Positions 1 to 8,806 of a stretch of 64,000 nucleotides of DNA are shown here, in pieces; position 1 is the stretch's first letter; every line of letters begins with the position of its first letter. The stretch is taken from positions 1 through 64,000 of the IMG/VR virus record IMGVR_UViG_3300006143_000333. One strand, written 5' to 3'. The stretch is from a virus. Lineage: Duplodnaviria; Caudoviricetes. Both the position numbers and the translations under genes were made by a program. A model generated the notes under the pieces. That model was not told the origin of the DNA, ran no database searches, and saw only the letters and a program-made list of their open reading frames with translations.

Positions 1-265
1 ACTCCACTTCCCATCATATAAGAAGCTTGACCTGGCCCATTTCCATTTACTCCACGAACATTAAGCCTTAAAGAAGAAGAATTACAAATTTCATCTCGAA
101 TCGTTTTAGGAGTCACACTAGAATCAGTTAAATTAGCAACAAGCATGGCATAAGAAACAGCCATACAACCACTACCAGCCATATTACTTTTAGAAACATC
201 ACAATAACCAATGTCCCTATACTCTCCTTGAAGATAACTTACTTCCTTAAAAGCCTTTGGTTTAC
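1..265 (-). CDS. Partial C39-like cysteine peptidase domain (runs off window start)
   Basis: Minus-strand translation SYLQGEYRDIGYCDVSKSNMAGSGCMAVSYAMLVANLTDSSVTP has the Q...GC...AM...TP pattern of C39-like peptidases. Confidence 0.4.
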
Positions 266-267
266 AA

Positions 268-369
268 GAAGAAGCAGAAACATTAGATAGATATTGTAAA
301 GAAAAAGGACATACTAAAGCTGGATTTATCAGGCAAGCAATAAAAGACAAAATGGAAAGAAATGAGTAG
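268..369 (+). pseudogene. C-terminal part of a ribbon-helix-helix regulator, no start codon
   Basis: EEAETLDRYCKEKGHTKAGFIRQAIKDKMERNE*; in-frame stop at 235 with no start in between; followed by a terminator hairpin. Confidence 0.5.
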
Positions 370-412
370 AACATATAAAAATATTATATGTTCTATTTTT
401 TTACGCATAAGA

Positions 413-502
413 ATATTAGTACTAATATACATACTGCACAAATTATTGTGATAAATATTAGTACTAATGTATATTGAAATTATATTAGTACCAATATATA
501 AT
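413..502 (+). promoter_or_regulatory. SigA promoter with three palindromic operators (module 1)
   Basis: TTGAAA 474-479, 17 bp, TATAAT 497-502; ATATTAGTACTAATAT-type palindrome repeated three times, one between -35 and -10. Confidence 0.75.
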
Positions 503-731
503 AGAGACAGTTAAAGGAACAGCAACAAACCTTTAACAGCGCACATTGATAAGATAACTTGAAAATCATTTTAAACAGTTTCCCCAGGGTGCGGGCAATC
601 GGATCTGTATTATAGGCGTATCGGTTTAAAACACTTTATTTAGAAAGTTACCTATATATGCGGAGAAGAGGAGACAAAGTAGCAAGGCAAGGAAATATGA
701 AGAATGAAAGAGTATGGTTTGACCATCTGTC

Positions 732-788
732 CCACAAATTCCTTAGCTAGGAATTAAGCCGATGTGATGAACGGCTGCGCAAGTGTGG
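732..788 (+). ncRNA. Unrecognised three-way-junction RNA motif, copy 1
   Basis: CCACA/TGTGG, AATTCC/GGAATT, AGCCG/CGGCT stems; homologous to 21686-21746 and 23080-23133 with covarying stems. Confidence 0.65.
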
Positions 789-794
789 TAGTCA

Positions 795-867
795 TTGTTA
801 TAATGCAGCCTGAAAGCCTGAACAACTTTCAGACAGTCCACAGCCTGTTAAATGCAGATGGTAATAA
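795..867 (+). ncRNA. Twister ribozyme (P1 type)
   Basis: P1 TTGTTA/TAATAA, UAA-UGCA-GC, P3 TGAAAG/CTTTCA, P4 loop UCCACAGC, UGCA-GA-UGG; pseudoknot CCA/UGG covaries with CCC/GGG in copy 2. Confidence 0.85.
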
Positions 868-926
868 GTTCTTGAAAAAGTTGTGAAATCTGATATAATA
901 GGAAATGTACAAAGGAGTGAATCAGA

Positions 927-1163
927 ATGGCGAATAATACATATGATATGGTAATGAGTGGGAAAAGTGACAATAATATTCGCTTTAATGATTTACGAAA
1001 AATGCTAGATTCTTTAAATTTTGGGTATAGAGTAAAAGGAGATCATTTCATATATTATAGGGATGATGTACCAGAAATCATAAATATACAACCAAGAGGG
1101 AATAAAGCCAAAGGTTATGAAGTAAAGCAAATACGCCTATTATTTAGACAGTATGGCATATAA
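927..1163 (+). CDS. hicA: HicA family toxin
   Basis: IRFNDLRKML...KGDHFIY...INIQP...AKGYEVKQ; promoter TTGAAA 872/TATAAT 894; upstream of hicB. Confidence 0.85.
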   Translation: MANNTYDMVMSGKSDNNIRFNDLRKMLDSLNFGYRVKGDHFIYYRDDVPEIINIQPRGNKAKGYEVKQIRLLFRQYGI

Positions 1164-1175
1164 GGAGGTTTAAGT

Positions 1176-1385
1176 GTGGCAAAATATTCTATGATTGTTT
1201 CATGGTCTGAAGATGATAATTGTTATCTCGTTTCTGTGCCTGATCTTCCCGGATGTATGGCAGATGGAGAAACGCCACAAAAAGCGGTAGAAAATGCACA
1301 AGTAATTATTAATGAATGGATAGAAACGGCACAAATGTTAGGAAGGGAAATTCCAAAACCTTCATTTTCTGCTATGCAGGTATAA
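1176..1385 (+). CDS. hicB: HicB family antitoxin (short form)
   Basis: YLVSVPDLPGCMADGET...GREIPKP HicB signature. Confidence 0.9.
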   Translation: MAKYSMIVSWSEDDNCYLVSVPDLPGCMADGETPQKAVENAQVIINEWIETAQMLGREIPKPSFSAMQV

Positions 1386-1547
1386 AAATTATGATGAAAT
1401 TTATAAAGAAACTTGTTCTTGCATGGGATCCAGATTATACAAAGGTTACACATGCAGAAAGAAAAGAACTGGAAGAAGCTGAAAAGGATATTGCAGAGAA
1501 TGGAACAATATCACATGACGCTATAAATTGGGATTGATGGGGGGGCG

Positions 1548-1781
1548 ATAAAGATATTTTCAAATGTTATACGTAAGATATTAGAAGATTGCAAAGACGA
1601 AGGGAAAAAGGTTACACAAGTAGAACTTGCGAACGTTTTAGGAATCAGTAAACAAGGATTTACGAATAAAATGACAAGAGATAGTTTTTTCATAGATGAT
1701 GTTGTAAAGATTGCTGATTATCTAGGGATGCAAGTTGTTTTAAAAGGTGAAAACGAATATGTTATTAAAAAGGAAGATTAA
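1548..1781 (+). CDS. XRE-family HTH regulator (non-canonical start; absent from ORF track)
   Basis: IKIFSNVIRKIL...VTQVELANVLGISKQGFTNKMTRDSFFIDDVVKIADYLG; G-rich RBS followed by ATA. Confidence 0.75.
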   Translation: MKIFSNVIRKILEDCKDEGKKVTQVELANVLGISKQGFTNKMTRDSFFIDDVVKIADYLGMQVVLKGENEYVIKKED

Positions 1782-1802
1782 AATATTTAGTCTTCTTTTT
1801 TT

Positions 1803-1905
1803 GTGCAACAAAATAGATACACAAAAAGTGTATTATATGCACAAATATTTGGTAAACATTTTGTGTATTATGTCAATGGATAATAGTACACAAATAGTGT
1901 ATCAT
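1803..1905 (+). promoter_or_regulatory. Promoter with TACACAAA..GTGTA operators (module 2)
   Basis: TGGATA 1877, 17 bp, TATCAT 1900; followed by the same AGACAGTTAAAGGAA leader start as modules 1 and 3. Confidence 0.6.
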
Positions 1906-2090
1906 AAAGACAGTTAAAGGAAAGCAATAAACCTTTAGCAAAGCACATTGACAACTTCATAGCTCATACCGTTGATAATAAGACTATAGCCCCAGATAAC
2001 ATATGGATAGTGCCATAAGGGTTATACAGAAATACGCATGGAGGGAATAAACCAATGAACATGTAAGGAAGGGTAAACGGAAGTTGAGTG

Positions 2091-2163
2091 TTGTTATAAT
2101 GCAGCCTGGAAGCCTGATCAACTTTCAGACAGTCCCAAGCCTGGAAAATGCAGAGGGTAACAA
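2091..2163 (+). ncRNA. Twister ribozyme (P1 type)
   Basis: TTGTTA-UAA-UGCA-GC-C...CAG UCCCAAGC CUG...UGCA-GA-GGG-TAACAA matches the twister consensus; predicted cleavage after U2097. Confidence 0.9.
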
Positions 2164-2230
2164 GGCACTTGAAAAAGTTGTGAAATCTGATATAATAGAA
2201 TTACCAAATAAGAAACGGAGGTATGTTATC

Positions 2231-2413
2231 ATGACTGAAGGCGAAATGTTAAAATTGTCAGTAGAGGAATTCTCTAGAATTCAAAGATATATGATGATAG
2301 CGGGGAAAGATTCAGAAGTATATAAGGCAATGAAGGAAAGATATATTGATCTTAAAGTTATTTTAACTTCATCTGGCGTGAATTTAACTGAAATCGACAG
2401 AATAAAAGAGTAG
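2231..2413 (+). CDS. Hypothetical protein, 60 aa (start corrected from 2084)
   Basis: GGAGG RBS before ATG 2231; upstream part of the called ORF overlaps the ribozyme and a promoter. Confidence 0.65.
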   Translation: MTEGEMLKLSVEEFSRIQRYMMIAGKDSEVYKAMKERYIDLKVILTSSGVNLTEIDRIKE

Positions 2414-2419
2414 GGGGCG

Positions 2420-2641
2420 ATAAAGATTACTATAGGAGAAAAAATAAAAGTAATTTTAGAATATCGTCATATGACAGTGCAGGAGTTATCTATAAAAATG
2501 GGTTATAATAGTCCATCTGCACTATATAACAGATTTAAGCGTGATAATTTTTCGGAATCTGATTTACAAGAGATATGCAAGATTTTAAATTGTTCATATG
2601 ATGTTATTATTAAAATGAATGACACGGGAAAAGAAGTTTAA
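2420..2641 (+). CDS. XRE-family HTH regulator (non-canonical start; absent from ORF track)
   Basis: IKITIGEKIKVILEYRHMTVQELSIKMGYNSPSALYNRFKRDNFSESDLQEICKILNC; paralog of 22700-22921. Confidence 0.75.
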   Translation: MKITIGEKIKVILEYRHMTVQELSIKMGYNSPSALYNRFKRDNFSESDLQEICKILNCSYDVIIKMNDTGKEV

Positions 2642-2684
2642 AGACTATTGGCAGAAAAGCAATAGTCTTTTTCTTTATTTTGTA

Positions 2685-2748
2685 ATATCACAAAAATGTG
2701 AGAGAATATCACAAAAAGTATTGACATATCACAAAAACGTGATATAAT
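2685..2748 (+). promoter_or_regulatory. SigA promoter with ATATCACAAAAA repeats (module 3)
   Basis: TTGACA 2721, TG-n-TATAAT 2743; three ATATCACAAAAA copies. Confidence 0.75.
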
Positions 2749-2908
2749 AAAGACAGTTAAAGGAACGGAAACGAACCAATAACAGCTCACAAGATAGGGT
2801 TATCCAATCCGAATAGTCAACATGCGTTCTTGTGGGTATATCTATGAATATTCCTGAAAGATGCCGAAACAGGCAGCGAATACCGTAGATTGAACTTTGA
2901 CAATTTAA

Positions 2909-2963
2909 TCTTGTCTATATGGTAAAAGTCCATATACTGATGACGGCATGAGCCGAAACAAGA
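2909..2963 (+). ncRNA. Hammerhead ribozyme (type III)
   Basis: Stem III TCTTGT/ACAAGA, GUC triplet (cleavage after C2915), stem I TATATGG/CCATATA, CUGAUGA core, stem II GGC-ATGA-GCC with one extra C, GAAA. Confidence 0.85.
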
Positions 2964-2977
2964 AAGGAGAAAATCGT

Positions 2978-3592
2978 ATGAGTAAAAAAGCAATAGATTT
3001 TACACAGATAGACAAAAAAGCAGTGGTACAGCTTGAAAAATTTTCAGAAACAAGAATCGCCATTGCAAAAGAAGAACAACGGCATAAATCAATTATGGTT
3101 CCTCTTAAAAAGAAGTTAGAATCAATCTATGAAAGCCGTGAAAATGATATAAAAGCAGGAATGCCGATTGATGAAGTTTTAACAAAATTCCCGACTATTG
3201 AAGTAGATAAAGCAATTAGAGCAGAAAATATTTTACACAAAGAAATTATGCAACCGTTAAATTTTGAATTAAATTCTACATATAGTTTTATTCCTGACGG
3301 ATTATATACAGGATATGTTACAAAAATAGAAAAACAGAGACGTGGCGAGTATCTTAAATACATCCAGCGTTTTCTTGAAGATATGGGAATTATAGAAATT
3401 TCACAATCTGCATTATGTAAGTTAGCGGAACAAATTTCGGACAGAATTGGCGTAACAGTAAGTAAAACAAAGAATTTATTAGAAGATGGAGTTTTTTCTT
3501 GTGTTTTAAATAGAAAGCAATTTAACAAATTGTTTATGAGCGTGTTTTGTGACATTTTGGTGCTTAATGGAGTAAAGGTGGCTAATATTTAA
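2978..3592 (+). CDS. Hypothetical protein (start corrected from 2948)
   Basis: AAGGAG RBS directly after the hammerhead; long ORF. Confidence 0.7.
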   Translation: MSKKAIDFTQIDKKAVVQLEKFSETRIAIAKEEQRHKSIMVPLKKKLESIYESRENDIKAGMPIDEVLTKFPTIEVDKAIRAENILHKEIMQPLNFELNSTYSFIPDGLYTGYVTKIEKQRRGEYLKYIQRFLEDMGIIEISQSALCKLAEQISDRIGVTVSKTKNLLEDGVFSCVLNRKQFNKLFMSVFCDILVLNGVKVANI

Positions 3593-4080
3593 TTTAGGGC
3601 TTATGCTTGTCAAAAGGCATAGGCTCATTTCTTAAGAGTATGTAAGAGAAAGGAAAATGATTATGACTGCAAAAGAAATCTTTGACATCAATCAAAAAAA
3701 TGAATCTTATTGGTTTAAGGAGAAGATGAAAAGATTTGAAAATCAGATGAAATTATTTTCATCTGGTATTGGAGCGGAAGACGTGAATGCACGAACACAA
3801 AATATTCAAAAATTTAGCAAAGTAGAGATCGATTATTTGATTAATCTTTCTCTGCCTTATTCTGTAAATACAGAGTGAAGAAACAAGGGAGTAATGGAGA
3901 AGTATATATAGAAGGAAGTGATTGTTATACTGACAGTTACATATTCAGTCAATGGAAAACCCATTAAATTTGAAGATTTGAAAAATCTAAAAATTACCAG
4001 AAAAGATTACATAGCTTATGTGGAAAATTTAAAAGAGCATATAAACAAAGAGAGAAGAAAAAATAAGAAAGGTTAAAACG

Positions 4081-4800
4081 GTGGAGAATATGACTAATTA
4101 TAATATTAACACAATCGAAGCAATAACATTTGCACAGGCGGCAGAAATAGCAATAGAAGAAATGACAATCAAAGAGCATGATTGCTTTTTCGTGGATTTT
4201 GGTGGCACTTTTGGATATTCTGTTTTGGTATTTAAGAATGCAATGCACATTCACTACGCTAACGATTATGAATTACACCACAGTTTGACAGTAGAAGAGA
4301 AAGGACGAGAAGTCTTGCGAGAACATTATATTGAAAGCCTTAACAACAAACTTTTTACGGATGCGGAATTGATGGAAAGCATTTCCAGCTATGACGAATA
4401 CAAGCGGAAAGATTATTTTCTCCGTAACTACTGGATCATGCGTCATGAAAGTTTAAGTGTTTTCGGATGTGGGGAAGAGGCAAAACGGAAATTTAACAAA
4501 TTAAAATCGCTTTTTCCTTATTATAATAATATCTGTTTTTGCTATGTACAAAATCGGTCAATCGTTGAAACATGTCAAAAATATAGCGACAATCTGGAAT
4601 CTGAATACAAGAAACTTTCAGATAATGAAACAGAATTTCGGCGTATGATTTCCTATGAACTTGCTAATCATGAAGCGTGTATCACTTGCGATTATACGGA
4701 TACGCTTAGGGATTTAGGACTTACTTTTGACAGTTTGGAAGATTGGAAAAAGGAAATTGTCAAAGAAGAATTAAACAAACAAATTGCCGATTATTGTTAA
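4081..4800 (+). CDS. Hypothetical phage protein
   Basis: 239-aa ORF with RBS; YELANHE motif. Confidence 0.65.
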   Translation: MENMTNYNINTIEAITFAQAAEIAIEEMTIKEHDCFFVDFGGTFGYSVLVFKNAMHIHYANDYELHHSLTVEEKGREVLREHYIESLNNKLFTDAELMESISSYDEYKRKDYFLRNYWIMRHESLSVFGCGEEAKRKFNKLKSLFPYYNNICFCYVQNRSIVETCQKYSDNLESEYKKLSDNETEFRRMISYELANHEACITCDYTDTLRDLGLTFDSLEDWKKEIVKEELNKQIADYC

Positions 4801-4876
4801 TTATGAATCTTATTGGAAAAAGGTATGACTATAGAGAAAGTATATAGAGAAATTAAAGAAAGAGAGAATAAAAACT

Positions 4877-6106
4877 ATGAGTAACTACATCATGAATTTA
4901 GAAACACAAAAACTTGAATTACATTTTGATAAATCTGATTATATGAGTCTGTCAGACAATTTGAAAAAGGAAATCAAAAGCAATTTCCTTTTTAGTGCTA
5001 AACTTGGAGCATGGGTTAGCCGTGCAAAATTCCCTAACTTATGGAGAGCTGAAGCAGTAGCTAAAAAGTTGGGACTTGAAAACGGCGGGAAAATCGGAGA
5101 AATGTTGACTTTTGCGGAACAGATGGAGCAAAAAGCAGAAAAGGCAGAAGCACGAGCAGAAAGATATGAATGCAAGTCTGAAAAGGCACAGGATAGAGGA
5201 GAAGCGTTACAGAAGCCCATCAACGATATGCATGGCGATATTTCTTTTTTTACTCAGCCGCATATCAATAGCAGTTCTGGACGTGCCTTTACAAATAGAC
5301 GCAATAGAATGTTTGCAGCGTATGATAAAGGTTTTGAAGAATTTAAAAAATCTGAATATTATGCAGAACGTGCAGCAATAGCGCGGCAAACAGCAGAAGA
5401 CACAAAACCGACTGACAAGGGATTTATTGATAGACGGATCAAGGATGCTGAAAAGACAATTAGAGCACAAAAGAAAAATCTTAAAAACTATCAGAACTAT
5501 CTTGAGAGAATTAAAAACGGTGAAGAGATTAAGCTTTACAATGGCGATATCCTTACATTGGAAGTGGTTCAAGGATGGATTGAAGATACAGAATTAATTA
5601 TTGAAAATGCAATCAGTAAATCAATCTACTATCACGAGTGTATGGAAGAAGTTGGAGGCGTTGCATTTTCTAAGGATAATATCAAAGTTGGGTATATTGT
5701 AGAACTTGATAAATGGGGTAAATGCAGAGTTATAAGAACGGGCAAAGTAAATATTTCCTATTCCATCTTGGAAGGCGGGGCGGCTGGATATGGTGGGAAA
5801 GCTGCATATGCACAGATTAAAAGAATCATATCAGAAGAAGTACAGGATAAGCCGGCACACCCATTCAAAGTCGGAGATATTTATACTGTACAGGTATGGA
5901 ATGATGAAAAATGTACCAGAGAGCCAAAAGAATACAAAGTTACGAAAATCACGACAGAAAGAGTTACGTTAAAAGCTGGAGAAGAAAGAGCCTTCAGTCG
6001 GAAACCTAGAAGGTTTAGAGATGGTAACAATAGTTTTTCTTGGGCGATTGGTATTGTTGGTGGACTTGGAGGAACTATTTACAAAAAAGAAACAGAAACA
6101 ATATAA
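4877..6106 (+). CDS. DUF3560-like protein
   Basis: KAEARAERY...QPHI...KSEYYAERAA pattern seen in DUF3560 proteins of mobile elements. Confidence 0.6.
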   Translation: MSNYIMNLETQKLELHFDKSDYMSLSDNLKKEIKSNFLFSAKLGAWVSRAKFPNLWRAEAVAKKLGLENGGKIGEMLTFAEQMEQKAEKAEARAERYECKSEKAQDRGEALQKPINDMHGDISFFTQPHINSSSGRAFTNRRNRMFAAYDKGFEEFKKSEYYAERAAIARQTAEDTKPTDKGFIDRRIKDAEKTIRAQKKNLKNYQNYLERIKNGEEIKLYNGDILTLEVVQGWIEDTELIIENAISKSIYYHECMEEVGGVAFSKDNIKVGYIVELDKWGKCRVIRTGKVNISYSILEGGAAGYGGKAAYAQIKRIISEEVQDKPAHPFKVGDIYTVQVWNDEKCTREPKEYKVTKITTERVTLKAGEERAFSRKPRRFRDGNNSFSWAIGIVGGLGGTIYKKETETI

Positions 6107-6342
6107 ATAAGAAAGGAATATGATAGACAAAGAATATTGTATTGCAGAACATAAAGCATATGAAAATCTTAATAAAAAAGGTTACACACCATGTGGGGCA
6201 GATCCAGGATTTAAAACAGTGTGTGTAATGAAATTTGAACATCCTGAATTTTATAATAATCCTGTTAAGCGTGGAAAATGTGAAGTATATCATTTTAAAA
6301 ACTATCAAGAAGCGGATGAAAAACTAATATAACATAAGCTCA

Positions 6343-6816
6343 ATGGACAATCTAAAGGAGGTTTTATTTATGATAAAATCGGATATCATTAATAATACAA
6401 AAAAAATATCGGATGAAGTTGAAATATTTGACGGTGATACAGTAAAAATTACTGGGAAAATAATTAGGGGGAATAATATTGAAATGGAATTAATACCGAT
6501 TGGAACTATTTGTCGTGTCGTTTCTTCTGTATATGATGAAAACGAAGATATTATTGTTGGTGTTATACCAGAAAATGAACTGCCATACAGGGGATATGGA
6601 GAATCTTGGTATCCTATCTATAGCGTTGAAAAGGTTAGGGAAAAGATGAATAGATATTTTGTTGAATTTTATATCAATAATTTTTCTTATGAAACAAAAG
6701 AAGTTTTTGCTACTAAAAAAAGTGATGCTGTATCTTTTATAAAGGATAAGTATCCTAATGCGTTTTATGTGGTTGCGCACGATAAATGTCCTGCAACGCC
6801 ATATTTAAAAGTTTAA
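6343..6816 (+). CDS. Hypothetical protein
   Basis: ORF track, co-oriented gene run. Confidence 0.55.
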   Translation: MDNLKEVLFMIKSDIINNTKKISDEVEIFDGDTVKITGKIIRGNNIEMELIPIGTICRVVSSVYDENEDIIVGVIPENELPYRGYGESWYPIYSVEKVREKMNRYFVEFYINNFSYETKEVFATKKSDAVSFIKDKYPNAFYVVAHDKCPATPYLKV

Positions 6817-6889
6817 AAATTGAAAGAATGTATAATTTTGTAAGCAGTTAGAACGGGTATAGAGAATATAAAGCTATGGTCGTTCTATA

Positions 6890-7606
6890 GTGCTTATAAA
6901 AATGAAAGTTAGGAATGGAGGGAAGTTTATGGGACTTATTTGGAATGAGAAAGTAGAAGAAAGTAAAATACTTGAAGCATATGGTTTGATTGCATATGGA
7001 AAAATCAACTGTTATGATTGGTCTTTTGGATATCGCAAAAATGAAGATGCATTAATTACACTTAGGATTACCGATACAGAAAATAATGAGATTTTTTCTG
7101 TATATCTTGGTAATAATTGTATATTGCAGAGTCGTATTGATGATACACTGGATAATTTTTTATACTGGATTGTTCAGGAACATCCGGACAATTATTCCAT
7201 TGAAAAACAAGTATATGATAGCTTGACACAAAGTAATTGTTTTTTTAATGATATGATTACAGGCAAAAAAATGTTAAAAAGAAAAGAGGAAGAGGAGAAG
7301 AGGAAGAAGGAAGAAGAGGAAAAGAAGAAAAATATAATGATTGACACAATAAAATCGTATTGCGCGGGAAAAGGTTTCTTTCTATTCCTTATATGGGGAG
7401 ACGAGGCTTGTATAATCAAGCCTATTAGTGAAAGTGGAAAGAAATACATTCAAGATAGAGTTAATGGAACTTATAAAGATAAGGAAATTGTTATAGGCTT
7501 TGTTGAGAAATATCCGAAAAATAAGGATGCAGAACTTATTAATAAAGGCTCATTGGAAGAAATGTATAAATATGTTTGTGGGGATATACTGTATGAGAAG
7601 AAATAA
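6890..7606 (+). CDS. Hypothetical protein
   Basis: 238-aa ORF with central charged coiled segment. Confidence 0.6.
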   Translation: MLIKMKVRNGGKFMGLIWNEKVEESKILEAYGLIAYGKINCYDWSFGYRKNEDALITLRITDTENNEIFSVYLGNNCILQSRIDDTLDNFLYWIVQEHPDNYSIEKQVYDSLTQSNCFFNDMITGKKMLKRKEEEEKRKKEEEEKKKNIMIDTIKSYCAGKGFFLFLIWGDEACIIKPISESGKKYIQDRVNGTYKDKEIVIGFVEKYPKNKDAELINKGSLEEMYKYVCGDILYEKK

Positions 7607-8142
7607 TATTGTTGTAGCGGAATATGATTATTACACCTTAGATCAGGCAAGAAAAATATTTGAAATAAGGAAGAAAAACAAAAATAGACTGTAAACTATG
7701 GAAAATTATATAGTTGTGATTGCCATGATTGTAATGCCAGTATTATTTGTTTTACATTGGATTGTGTTTGGATATTAAGGAGGAATAGAGATGATTACAT
7801 GTATATTTTGTAGTTGGAATGAATTTGATGAATACAAATTAGATGAAAAATATAACCTTGTGGATTTTGGAGAAGATGAAAAACGTCCCGGATTTAAGTG
7901 GCTATGTGATATGGAAAAGGATGTTAGTGTTTATGTAAGATAGATTTGTATTTCGTAAAGTGAGGTAATATCATGAAAAAAAGATTAGTAAATTTATACA
8001 AGGAAATTGAATTTTTATTGAATCATGCTCCGATTGAAGACGATTGTACTGATGAAGAAAATGAAATGTATGCGGATATGGCTAATCTGAAAAATAGTAT
8101 GGAAAATGCAGGGTATGATATTTAAAGGATTAAAGATAAATC

Positions 8143-8508
8143 GTGTATTTCATTGGTAGATTAGAGGATAATGAAATGAAAAACTTAAATATGAAAGCGG
8201 CAGTAAAAAGATATAATGGTATAATGGAATTGATTGGATATGAACATAATACTATAGAGACAAAATTTTCAGAGAATACAGAAGGTTGGAACATTCGAGA
8301 TATGGTTGCAGAATGTGATTATGTACTTTCATGTTATTATGAAGATGGACATTGCAACGCTGAAATGAGATGTTCAGAAGATGCAGAAGAAAGAAAAATG
8401 TGGAAGTCAGAAACAGGAAAGTTAAAGAGATTTATTGAAGCATACAAACCATTTATTGATGATGTGAAGTGTGTGTCAGGACATTGCAGCCAATTTGATA
8501 ATAAATAA
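8143..8508 (+). CDS. Hypothetical protein bracketed by boundary sites 8137 and 8514
   Basis: ORF track; likely start at MKNLNMK after GAGG. Confidence 0.6.
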   Translation: MYFIGRLEDNEMKNLNMKAAVKRYNGIMELIGYEHNTIETKFSENTEGWNIRDMVAECDYVLSCYYEDGHCNAEMRCSEDAEERKMWKSETGKLKRFIEAYKPFIDDVKCVSGHCSQFDNK

Positions 8509-8806
8509 GGCAATGAAACTACTGTTTTTGTGGTGCTGTACAGTAACAAGAATATAACAATGGCTCCTGATTGGTGGATGGATTAGCCAGTTATATGAAG
8601 GAAGAAGGAAAGGTTACAGTAAACGGAGTTTGACGAACGGCCACAAAACCTTATTTAAAGCCTTAAATCAGCGCATATGCAATATGTATGTGCGTTGCAT
8701 TAAGTCCTTAAATAAAGTAAATAAACGGCATAGAAAGAGAAGTAATAAGCAAGTGACGAGAGAAAATGTTACTTGCTTTTATTATTGGGAAAATGGAGGG
8801 CAGATT

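Noticed and set aside
2084-2230. N-terminal extension of ORF 2084-2413
   Set aside because: Overlaps a twister ribozyme and promoter; real RBS and ATG at 2231
2840-2890. CTGAAAGA-TGCC..GGCA segment as a second hammerhead
   Set aside because: No GAAA after the stem and no NUH/stem III; only a structured leader
3127-3555. Minus-strand ORFs overlapping + strand genes (this and most others in the track)
   Set aside because: Shadow frames without RBS or motifs; only 37606-37851, 39539-39781 and the window-start fragment were accepted on the minus strand
7280-7335. GAA/GAG-rich repeat
   Set aside because: Low-complexity coding for a Lys/Glu helix
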